Source of the DNA: Octopus vulgaris | Taxonomy: Eukaryota | NCBI GenBank assembly: GCA_951406725.2 | Contig: OX597825.1 | Coordinates: forward strand, 46,376,001 to 46,440,000 | Length of the DNA: 64,000 nt | Direction of reading: 5' to 3' | In this document: positions 12,958 through 24,384 of the stretch, piece by piece | Layout: every line of letters begins with the position of its first letter | Position numbering within the stretch: position 1 is the first letter of the stretch | Translations under genes and position numbers: made by a program | The notes under the pieces: generated by a model | Seen by the model: only the letters and a program-made list of their open reading frames with translations | The model's database searches: none | Told to the model about the DNA's origin: nothing

Positions 12958-14325
12958 TAGTTTAACCGTTTCTCGGTTCTCTTGTGACGAAGTCAGCCAC
13001 TTTTTGATCGCTCCTATCTGTAACCTATAAAACACATGGCTTTCCTCCCAACGCCACTTTCTTGATTTGTTATTTGATACCATTATATGACGACGCGTAA
13101 TGTCCAGCCAATAAGCTAATAAATTCTCTTGTTTTTTAATCGCTCATCATTCTCTTCATCTATTTAACTTCTATTACTAAAATGCAAAACAATCCTCACT
13201 TAAATGAACTCATAAGCTTAATGCCGAGCTAGCCTGCATTCCCATTTCATCATTGTTTATTTTCATCTTAATTGTATTATTAACATACTGAACGTTCGTG
13301 AGTTTTTCGGTTCCCTTGTGGCAAAGCTACCCATTTCCTTCAATTTTGCAATTGTCCATTGCAGCTACTTCCATTCCCTTGTGACAAAGTCAGCCACTCT
13401 TTGACTACTCCTGGTCTGCAGCCTATAAAACACATGGCTTCCCTCCCAACACTTTACTCTTCTGAGTTAAATTAACTAGTAAGTTGAACGCCAAGTTAAC
13501 CTGTACTCCTATTTCATCATTATTTATTTTATTCTTAATTGTAGTATTAACATGCTGAACGTTCTTGAGTTTTTCGGTTCCCTTCTCATGAAGCTTGCCA
13601 TTTTCTTCAATTTCATGATTGTCCATTGCTGCTATCTCAATTCCTTTGTGACGAAGTCAGCCACTCATTGACCACTCCTGGTCTGTAGCCTATAAAATAC
13701 ATGGCTTTACTCCCAAACCGTCATCTGTTGCTATCTGACACTGTTATATCACGACGTGTATTGTCCAGACGATATGCTAAGAAATTCTCTCGTATTTTAA
13801 TTGTTCCTCATTCTTTTCATTTATTTAACATGGATTACTAACATGCAAAACAATTCTGAGTTAAATTAACTTGTAAGCTGAACGCAAAGCTAGAGACTGT
13901 ACTTCCATTTCATCATTGTTTACTTTCATCTTAATTGTATTATCAGCATACAAGACATTCTTGAGATTTTCGATTCTCTTCTGGCGAAGCTAGCCAATTC
14001 CTTCAATTTTACGATTGTCCATTGCTGATGAAGTCAGCCACTGTTTGACCACTCTTGGTCTGTAACCTATAAAACATCATATCACGACGCGTAAGATCAA
14101 GCCGATGAAATAAATTCTAACGCTTCTTAATCGGTCCTCATTCTCTTCACTTATTTGACTTGTATTATTAACATGCAAAACAACCCTAAGTTAAATTAAC
14201 CCGTAAGCTTAATGCCAAGCTAGTCTGTACTCCCATTTCATCATTGTTTACTTTTGCCTTATTTATATTATTAACATGCAAAACGTTGTTGAGGATTTTG
14301 ATTCCCACCTGTCGAAGCTAGCCAT

Positions 14326-17210
14326 TGTAGTGAGCTCTGGCGGTAACGTTAGGAGGCAAAACGGAAAAGAGATTTAACGAGAGTAATCTCCCTCGAGCTT
14401 CTAGAAAGTTCTTGAACATTCTGGAAGCTTTTTGTTTATGAGGAAGTTGGGTACTTTTGGTTTATCCCTTATATAAAGGAAGGAATTTCTAAATTCGCGC
14501 CATTCAGTGTCTGTTAGATGGGAATGCCCTACGAGATTTCCTGGCCGGCGGCCTGCATCTTTTGGTGTGAGATACTGAGTGCTGTGAATGGCCTATAATG
14601 GTTGAGGAGGTAAAAGTGGTACTTTCTGAGAGACCCATGAATTTTATAAAAGTATGCCACACTTGTTTGGGAACATACTGGCCGGTGTTTACGCGAATTG
14701 GCAGCAGAATGGGAGAATTCCCAAATCTGTGAGCCAAGGAGTTGTGACACTGATCATAAAGGACTCGAGTAAGGGGGATAACATAAATAATTTTAGGTCC
14801 ATAACTCTGCTAAACACAGAGTTAAAGATTTTGGCCAAGGTGTTAGCAAGGAGAATGAGGATTGTCATTGGAGACCTGGTGAAAGAGGAGCAGACATGTG
14901 CCATCCCAGGAAGGACGATATTCGACAACCTTCATCTCATTTGCTACACCATAGAGAGGGTTGGCAAAGGTGGGGCACTAGTGAATTTGGACCAGTCTAA
15001 GGCATTCAATAGGGTTGACCATCGGTATCTGGTGACGGTTGGACTGGGCCTGACCTTCCAAGGCTGGATCGAAGCTTTGTATTGTAACATCGAATCTGCT
15101 GTCCAGGTGAATGGGTTCCTCTCGAGCCTGTTTGCAATTGAACGTTCGGTTTGTCAGGGCTATTCCCTGTCCCCGCTCCTATATGTACTGGCTCTTGAGC
15201 AGCTGCTGTGGAGATTGAGGACTTTGGGGGGAGACCCGCGTGCTCTATGTTATAGCAGAAGTGTAACAATCTATGCGGATAATGTCACCATCATCGTGTC
15301 TGATGACGGGCAGCTACCTTGTGTAGAAGATGCCATCAAAGGATACGAAGCGGTGGCAGGGGCAAAAATTAACCAGGAAAAATCTGTCGGCTTGCAGCTT
15401 GGTACTTGGCGTGGCAAGTCGATGCCTTCCAACAGCGTTGTCGGACATTGGACGGAGGGCCTGGTTAAATTGCTCGGGGTCTGGTTTGCGTCAGACCTCC
15501 AGGTGGAGAAAGACTGGAGCGAGGTGGTGAGTAAGGTGATGGCCAAAACCCAGACCTGGTCTGGGAGGTCAGTATCCTTGCTAGGGAGGGCCGAGGTTAC
15601 ACAGGTGTTAATAGCATCTATGATAACCTACTGCTTAACCGTTATGCCTTGCCCCGGTTTGTGGATGAACAGGTTCAAAAGGATCCTTTTTCGCTTTTTG
15701 TGGAAAGGGAAACCATCACTTGTGAGGCATTCCATTTGCTGTCAGAAACCGTTAAAAGGTGGACTGGGGATGCCTTGGCTGATGATACGCAAGTATGCGT
15801 TGAGGCTGAGGTACCTTCATTGCTACCTGGATGGTGAGTAGGTGTGGTCACCGCATGCCAAACAGCTTTTTTCTCAATTGGAGTTCCTTAGGGACTTAGG
15901 CACATGGATCAGGCAGAGACCTAAGATGGGGGAATGGTAGAGAGAGTGCAGACAAGCACTCACTCTGTTCTCTTGGGTGAGCAATGCCAGCAGTGAGGTT
16001 ACCATTGCAGATTTCTATAGAGGGTTGTAGAGTTTAAGTCTGACAACGTCCAGCGGGAGACTCTGGGCTTGGATAACAAACAACTAGCCAGCCTGTTTGA
16101 GAGGACAATCAGGCCAAGGTATCTGGATAATTTCCAGAAATCCTTGGCTCCGTCATGTTGGTACGGACATGTCAGTAAAACTGTCGTGCATGCCTTCATA
16201 CATTGTGTGGAATTGTGGTTGACTGGTGACCTATGTTGAACAACTAATGTCGGATGGGGAAAGAGTACAGCTCTCGACTGAGTCCATAGTTAAGATTGTA
16301 CTGCCTACCTCCTTTAACAAGGAAAGGAAGGCTGCTTTCTTCTGTGTAGTTGCTATAATGAAAGAGACAGTGAGGAGAACATGTGCAAAAGGATTGAGAC
16401 AGGTCACTTCATCTTCGGACAGGGGTTTGAAAGCTCGTTCAACTTACATCTCATGAGGAAAATCTGTCTGGAGAGGAAGTACCTGCCTCAAAGTGTATAT
16501 GAGAAAAGATGGATAAGCATGGTAAGAAAATTGAGAATGAATGGAGCCATGTTGGTGTAGCCGGTCAAGGGAAACGAAGAAAGGAAGGAAGCGATCCTAC
16601 CTCCCCACCGAACCACAAAAAAAAAAAAAATAGGAAGTAAAACAAAGGTTTAAAGTCAGCAGGTTGAAATGAAACCCGGAAGAAAATTTTGTAAAAATTC
16701 TTAATTATATATCATTAATTTTTAATCACATAACGTTTCTGTCATTTTAACTCTACATTCGTAATCACAGATGCATGGACTCCAATACCCTGTAATGCAT
16801 GTCCGTTGTTTGTCCCCAACCAACCTTTGTATTTTTTTATATCTTTGTAAGGCCTTTATAGGCAAATAAAGAAATCATTCAGTGCCTGTTGATTCCTTGA
16901 CATGCATTGGGTCAGGCCACCACATTTACACACAAGCTTGCGCGCACGTTCACCTCACTTCCTTGAAGACATGTGATTGCAAACAGAACATATTCATGTA
17001 ACGTTATAAGCTATCCTTCAATTAACCTTGTATGTTAACGCATTACCTCCACTGATAAATATGTTATGACATTACAAATGTCTCGAAAATTTCCATTTTC
17101 TTGTTGTTACGTAGAAGATGGTGACCCCTCTTTCTCTCATACTCATTAAATTATAGTGTGTCATTTAATCGATATTACCACAATAAAACGGTAACCCTGA
17201 CATCACTATA
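14326..17210 (+). mobile_element. Solo LTR (about 510 bp) interrupted by a Tx1 LINE
   Basis: TGTAGTGA...TCACTATA ends, CCAT 4-bp TSD (14322-14325 and 17211-17214), TATA at about 14470, AATAAA at 17182; the host repeat unit resumes after the TSD. Confidence 0.75.
14516..16875 (+). mobile_element. 5'-truncated Tx1/L1-clade LINE (RT ORF 14654-15841)
   Basis: NFRSITLLNTELKILAKVLA, LDQSKAFNRVDH, QGYSLSPLLYVLALE, YADN, GGLGMP; 15-bp TSD CATTCAGTG(T/C)CTGTT at 14501-14515 and 16876-16890; AATAAA at the 3' end. Confidence 0.9.
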
Positions 17211-17639
17211 CCATTTCTTACAATTTCACTATTGTCCATTGCTGTTACATCGGTTAACGTGTGACGAAGTCAGCAACTCTTTGACCACTCCTGGTCTGGA
17301 GCCTATAAAACATGTGGCTTCCCTCCCAAACAAGATTTTCGATTCCCTTGTGGTGAAGCTAGCTTTTTCATTCAACTTCACGATTGTCCATTGCAGCGAC
17401 TTCCATTCCTTTGTGACGAAGTCAGTCACACTGTCACCTCTCCTGGCTGTAACCTATAAAACACATGGCTTTCCTCCCGAAGCCGCTTTCTTGATTTGGT
17501 ATCTGACACCATCATATCACGGCGCGTAATGTCCAGCCGATAAGCTAAGAAATTCTCTTGTTTTTTAATCGTTAATTCATTCTCTTCATCTATTTTACTC
17601 TGTTTACTTTTACGTGTACAAATTTCCTTATTTAGTAGT

Positions 17640-18590
17640 CAATTTTACTTTCTACTGAAAACACTTTAGAATTTTTTTCCATTTGATCTTCTGCAGTATG
17701 AACTCTTGTGTCCAAATTTTTGACAACTGTAATATTTTTGATTTTTAAAAGGACAATCTTTTCTGAAATGTAGGCCTCCACATCCATAACATGGATTAAG
17801 ACCTAGCAATCTTCTTTGGTTATACTTTCTTGGTTGACATATCTGTATTTTTGCGAAATCCTTTACTTGAATTTTTCTTACATTGTGTTTTAGGTTCAGC
17901 ATCCATTGACACTCTTCTGCAACAATCTGCAGGGTTAAATCTTGGTTTTCTTGTTCAACTTTTGAAAGAATTCTTGCCTGTTATTCTGTATCGGCATTTG
18001 CTGTAAGGCCTTGTACAAAAATGAGGCACTTAAATATCTCAGGAGTAAATTCTTTAAGTTTAAAACTTTCACACATTCTGCTGACTGTTCCTGCATATGT
18101 AATAAAGTCATAGTCCTCTTTTTTTTTTTAGTTAAATTCCAACAATCCATTCGGATGTTAAATAGAGAAGTTTTATCACCAAACATGCTAGACAGTAATT
18201 TGATTGTTTCCTGAAAATAAATTTCACTAGACTTTTTGGGCAATATGAAATTACAGTATCGTTCATGCTCAGACGGAGCTAATTTAAATAATGCAAACCT
18301 TACTTTTTCTTTATCCGACCATGTTTTGCAATCTTCCTTAAAAATCTCCTCATACCTTCTGTAGTTTGCTGCAAAAATTATTCCCTCATGTGGGTTATAA
18401 CTGAATTCCATTATGGAGTTCGATATGCTGTCCAATGAAAACAAACTTACCTCATTCTCGGAGTTCTTTGCATATAGTGCCAATAATTGTTGTTGTAGTT
18501 GTTGCTGTACTAGTTGCTTCTACAACTCCTGTTGCTGTTCTTGTTGCTTTTGCAGCTGTATTATAGAAGCTAATAGATCTTTCATCATTT
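17640..18590 (-). pseudogene. Ty3/gypsy gag relic with zinc knuckles
   Basis: YRRYEEIF...LLSSMFG...R and CYGCGGLHFRKDC / CQKFGHKSSYC; frameshifted. Confidence 0.8.
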
Positions 18591-18642
18591 AACAAGTTGT
18601 ATCATGAACAAATTGTTAAATAGCTTGCGTGAGCTTCGACAC

Positions 18643-18938
18643 CCTTGTTGCCAGAATGTTGTATTCTCTGTGTCCAATGTTGTGGTACTGCCACAATATT
18701 GTGACAGATTGTTAAGATACACTGTACCAGTGTAGTAACAGCAAACAAGATAACAATGCGACAGTAATAACAACGTAATGATCCCACAATCAATATTCCA
18801 AAGGAACTAACCAACTGACACCTTCTGACTTTGCTGTGAACTCAACTCGAATTAACACACAAGCTTTACTCCACCTGCTACTATTTATAATTGCTTGGTC
18901 CAGTTTATTTCTCACAAAGAGGCGTCATGATTCTCACC

Positions 18939-18941
<3 letters not shown>
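18643..18941 (-). mobile_element. 5' LTR (18657-18941) and PBS of the same gypsy element
   Basis: Minus strand TGTGGTG...TACAACA followed by PBS-like TGGCAACAAGG; abuts (TA)n. Confidence 0.7.
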
Positions 18942-18986
<45 letters not shown>

Positions 18987-18993
<7 letters not shown>

Positions 18994-19900
18994 ATATAAT
19001 AAATAAATAAAATATATGCATATATACATACATATATGTACATACTTACATCTACATGTATATATACATGCATACATATATATATATATATGAGTACAGG
19101 ACACCACAAATAAACGTAGAAAACAACGAGAGACGAGAACATAAAATCAAACAAGGAAACGGACTTTTTTTAAACAACGAAAAAACAGTAGAGGACTAAC
19201 AATACAAGGAAAATTCCCCTTCATCAGCTGTCCCTGGTTCGACTCAAAGTGTGTTTCGAAGGTAAGGATAGAACACAGTCGAAGCAGTCCTTCCTGCAAA
19301 AGGAATTAAATAAAATTATTTTGCAGAGGGGTAAAACAAGTGACAAAAACAGGACATAAAAGCAATACATATGAAGAAAAAACAATACAAATGAAGAAGA
19401 AACAGTACAATAAAATGAAGAAAAAACAGTACAATAAAGAAACAACAGGAAACAGACAATAAGGGTTTTTTTTGCCTGGACGGTGGAAAAATTAGTTAGA
19501 ACGCTTGTTTTTTCTTCATTTGTATTGCTTTTACGTCCTGTTTTTGTCACTTGTTTTACCCCTCTGCAAAATAATTTTATTTAATTCCTTTTGCAGGAAG
19601 GACTGCTTCGACTGTGTTCTGTCCTTACCTTTGAAACACACTTTGAGTCGAACCAGGGAAAGCTGATGAAGGGGAATTTTCCTTGTATTGTTTGTCCTGT
19701 ACTCTGTTTTTCGTTGTTTAAAAAAGTCCGTTTCCTTGTTTGATTTTATGTTCTCGTCTCTCGTTGTGTTCTACGTTTATTTGTGGTGTCCTGTACTCAT
19801 ACATATATATGTATGCATGTATATATACATGTAGATGTAAGTATGTACATATATGTATGTATATATGCATATATTTTATTTATTTATTATATTACTATAT
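18987..19900. mobile_element. Inverted repeat (about 400-bp arms), Penelope-like pLTR remnant
   Basis: 18987-19384 is the near reverse complement of 19505-19900, the head-to-head layout typical of truncated PLE insertions; contains CTGATGA. Confidence 0.65.
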
Positions 19901-19961
19901 GACCGAACGCAAACGTTATTTCTCTATTTCTCTTCTCCCAGTTTTTATTTATATATATATA

Positions 19962-20806
19962 CTAGCAGAATTGCCCGGCGTTGCTCGGGGCTGAATTGCT
20001 TGAAAGTACTGTTAATGATTGCACTGAATTATGATGATTATTCAGGCAAATATTGATATAAGTTTACGGTGGGAGATAAGGACTTAACGATCAAACGTGT
20101 GCCATTGCATTGTTTTGGGGGAACCAAATTTCTGATGAGCATTATAGGGGCACCAACTTTAAGTTTGAGAAAGTGTGGTGGTAGTCCGGGGTGCTCAAAG
20201 GAATTGAGTACCTCTATTGGATAGTTGATGACGTCCTCTGGGTCAGGAGTTGTATCGATAGACTGATATATAGACTTCCCCAGGAATGAGTTTTAGCATT
20301 TCATCATTAATATGGTGAACAGTTTTATTCCTCGGGGCCAGTATAGCCTTTTTGCCAATCCAATCCATATTCTGATAATTAGCTTGTAGATCTGGGAACA
20401 CTGCATCTCTCAGATCAGAAGGCGTCTTAACAATGGTACAAATGGAATCGATGGCAATATTACCATTTTCATCCCCTGGTATTTTGCCTTCGCCAAGTGC
20501 AAGGAGGGTGTGAGGAAATGCTGCTGATGTGTTATTACGTCGCATATGAGCACGCATATTGGTGTGAAGTTTGAGAGTTACTTCCCTTTATTAAAAAAAA
20601 TATGCATTAAAATGGAAAAAAATGATGGTAAATTATTTGTAAAATCGTAGACTCATCGTAGACGCGCGCTAATACCCAGAAGGGCTCGATATGAATCAGG
20701 ACTATAAGATACCCGGTTTTTGTTAAACTGCATCGCAAAATGTGGGAGTAGTTAGGAATCTAAATCGGAGTAGACAGACACACAACCTTTCTTTTATATA
20801 TAAATA
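19962..20806 (-). mobile_element. Non-autonomous Helitron carrying a Pif1-type helicase fragment
   Basis: 3' hairpin CCCGAGCAACGCCGGG then CTAG|T; AILAPRN and LKLKVGAPIMLIRNL motifs; near-identical to 58330-59001 apart from a 2-bp deletion. Confidence 0.9.
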
Positions 20807-21208
20807 TTTTCGTCCTAAAAACTTTGTATGGATTGAATGGTTACCTCTATGGAAATATATACACGCACATTATACATACAAGTGTGTATAGATGAATATA
20901 TAAATACATTTATATATCTATATACACTTTTGGGCGCTCTTTGTGCTACTTAGAGATAACTTTAGATCTTATTTTCGTCCTAAAAAACTTTGTGCGGAGT
21001 GAATGGTTACCTCTATGGAAATATATACACACACATTATACATACATCTGTGTATAGATGAATATATAAATACATTTAAATATCTATATACACTTTTGGG
21101 CGATCTTTGTGCTACTTAGAGATAACTTTAGATCTTATATTCGTCCTAAAAAACTTTGTATGGAGTGAAAGGTTACCTCTAAAAATCTTTCCTGTCACAC
21201 ACTCACAC

Positions 21209-21244
<36 letters not shown>

Positions 21245-21735
21245 CCTCACACACACACACACACACGCACACACAGACACACTCACACACACACACACAC
21301 ACACACACACGTTAGCTTACAATTTTATTTATATATTTGCGTGTCTATGTGTGTAAAGAGGAAGTGGGAATGCAGAGTGAAAGAGTCACTCACTACAAAA
21401 GTGAATTACTTTCACTTTAATCGTTGCACACTTGCAAAGAGGAAGGAGGAGAAATTAGTGTCATAGCGTCAGTGAAACAGTTCGCTCCGTTTGTGTGTGT
21501 GTGCGTGTGCGTGTGCTGTAGCCCACACTAAGAAAAGCATTTGACTTATACACCACAATGTGAGTTTTCTCTAAATTTTGCTTAATTGGGGTTGAAATTT
21601 TAAAAACCGGACCTGGCACGACCCGATGCATTCTACTCTTAAAAATGCTAGGTAAATTGTAATTGAAGAAATCCTATATTGTAGATTTCTATAAGAGACA
21701 AAGGGAGGCAGATAAAATCTGCCTTTTATAATAAG

Positions 21736-21736
<1 letters not shown>
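20807..21736 (-). mobile_element. Non-autonomous Helitron-like family B (5' part) with (CA)n and internal duplication
   Basis: A|TCTTATTATAAAAGGCAGATTTTATCTGCC start, also seen at 53334, 53999 and 56740. Confidence 0.7.
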
Positions 21737-21808
<72 letters not shown>

Positions 21809-21819
21809 GGTATATATAT

Positions 21820-21859
<40 letters not shown>

Positions 21860-21860
21860 T

Positions 21861-22856
21861 TGTTACGGAATCACCCGTCGCCGCTCGCCCGAACGGGCAA
21901 GTTCGCCACGGAACCCGTCGGAGAGGAGAGAGGAGAGATACAACAACAACAGCAGCACAGAGAGATACAGAGGCAACCGAGAGAGACACAAAACGGCAAG
22001 GCAACAACTGGCTTACATTTAAGAACTAGTTTATATGACAATCAATTTTTATAACATCAAAGCATTTAAAGGAAACAACAAATCAATACAGGTATACAAC
22101 AGATCAAAGCATTTAAACATGCAAGTAACAATATAACAGTCCGGAGACAACAGTTCTATTTCAAAGGTACACGTCCGAAGAAACATTAAAGGCCTAACAG
22201 TTCAATTGTTCATTATACAATGTTCGTATCACAACAATTCACGTTACAATTCAAAGTCCCCAACGACTACATCAGAGTCCTTCTTTTTTTCTCTCTTTCT
22301 TTCTCTTTTTTTCTTTTACATCGTAACACGTATCAATACAATTAAATACCTTAATTCCTAATTAGAATAGCCAGTGTCCCATATTGCACTTCATCTCTCC
22401 CTCTGCCGCTAACTCCAACTTGCCTAGCTCCTGAATCCCAACCGCTTGCTCCTAAAATTCCAACTGCTCGCCCTGACTTCCAAAATCCGAACTGTTCGCT
22501 TTGACGACCGAATACCCGACTGTCCCTCTATCACTACCCCTCAATCTGTCTCTCGCAATCACTCTCTCCCTTAGCTCTGCCATACTCTCTGCCTGTCTTC
22601 CTCTGCCCCTCATCCTCTCTCACTGCTAATATCCTTTCTATCTACTCTCAGATTCCTTACTCTATCTTTCTCACTACTTTCCTCTTCTTCGGCCCTCTCT
22701 TCTCTCTGACCCCCAATCGACCGCACAAGGCCAAAAGTTCCCTCCAAAAAGCCATTACTCTTCCAGTAAACAAAGGGCTGTTGCTTTTCTTCCAGACGTG
22801 CCGGCGCCACTCCCACAAAGTGGGTCAAGAAATACTGCACTAGCCATACCATAACA
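21861..22856. mobile_element. Solo LTR (about 1 kb) inserted in (TA)n
   Basis: TGTTACGG...CCATAACA inverted ends with ATAT on both flanks. Confidence 0.75.
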
Positions 22857-22910
22857 ATATATATGTATATAGGTATATATATGTATATAGGTATATATAT
22901 GTATATATAT

Positions 22911-22961
<51 letters not shown>

Positions 22962-22990
22962 AGTATATATATTATATATGTATATATATA

Positions 22991-23066
22991 TATATATAAT
23001 ATTAATTCGAGACAAAACCACTATTTTGCAAAATAGTGGTTTTGTCTAGAATTAATATTATATAAT
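22991..23066. repeat. Near-perfect snap-back palindrome
   Basis: aattcgagacaaaaccactattttg|caaaatagtggttttgtctagaatt, no spacer, one mismatch. Confidence 0.9.
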
Positions 23067-23142
23067 ATTTTACTATAAAATTGGATTTAATCCTAAATCT
23101 GATTTTTTCCCTGTAATTTTGGATTTATTCCCTAATATTTAT

Positions 23143-23185
<43 letters not shown>

Positions 23186-23390
23186 GGTATATATATTATA
23201 TATGTATATGTATATAGGTATATATATGTATATATGTATATATATATATATATATAAATTAATTAATAAGGGTGAGAGAATTAGATACTAATTTAATAGT
23301 ATATTTATTCCACACCAAGTGGCCTAGTGCTACGAGAAACCTGGATTATTATAATATTTTATAACATATTATAATATTTTTACAAAATAA

Positions 23391-23912
23391 ATATAAGAGA
23401 GTGGTCACTATATTGCTCACTCTAGCACCAGTTAATCCAAAAGGTTTCAACCACGAAAATACATGTTTCCCATGAAAGCCAGTACGACTGTTAGCTCACA
23501 CGGACAGGGCAAATAAAAAATAACAAAAATACAGATTATTTTGGGACAATTGTTTCGCTATTAATGAATTAAATGTAATATTACTTACAAAAATCCATTT
23601 GTAGCTCAAATCCAATTGAACCACACGCGTATTTATCGTTATGGTAAAATCTGGCGTGTGATTGAGTGGATTTCATCCAGATAGTCTTGGCTGACGAGCT
23701 ACAAATGGATTTTTGTAAGTAATATTACATTTAATTCATTAATAGCGAAACAATTGTCCCAAAATAATCTGTATTTTTGTTATTTTTTATTTGCCCTGTC
23801 CGTGTGAGCTAACAGTCGTACTGGCTTTCATGGGAAACATGTATTTTCGTGGTTGAAACCTTTTGGATTAACTGGTGCTAGAGTGAGCAATATAGTGACC
23901 ACTCTCTTATAT
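23391..23912. mobile_element. Inverted repeat (217-bp arms), Penelope-like pLTR remnant
   Basis: 23391-23607 is the reverse complement of 23696-23912; contains a hammerhead motif. Confidence 0.85.
23687..23762 (+). ncRNA. Type I hammerhead ribozyme (canonical core)
   Basis: TTGG-CTGACGA-GCTA[loop]TAGC-GAA-ACAATTGT-C-CCAA. Confidence 0.8.
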
Positions 23913-23916
23913 ATTA

Positions 23917-23964
<48 letters not shown>

Positions 23965-24117
23965 GGTATATATTATATATATATATATCAGAATTAAACA
24001 GCCGAAATCTGCGATGAGGCATCAGTTTCTGACTGAAGAATGAAGGCTTGAATGACTTGTTTGTCTTTTTGTTCGTCTCTTCGTGTATTTCACGTTATTT
24101 ATTTATATAAAGGTCTA

Positions 24118-24384
<267 letters not shown>

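Larger units (their letters stand above)
7540..17620. repeat. Degenerate tandem repeat array (units about 250-400 bp) interrupted by later insertions
   Basis: Motif tgtgacgaagtcagccactctttgaccactcctggtctgcagcctataaaacacatggc recurs, with variation, near 7730, 7990, 12985, 13380, 13645, 14025, 17260 and 17410. Confidence 0.8.

Noticed and set aside
13380-13420. GTGACGAA-GTCA...TGAC in the tandem array as a hammerhead
   Set aside because: No GAAA follows the putative stem II and there is no stem I or III.
8276-18941. gag at 17.6-18.6 kb and pol at 8.6-10.8 kb as one gypsy provirus
   Set aside because: The two LTRs (8276-8489 and 18657-18941) are not similar in sequence.
23990-24117. Short unique insert containing CTGAAGA
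   Set aside because: No GAAA or stems complete a hammerhead, and it is too short to classify.
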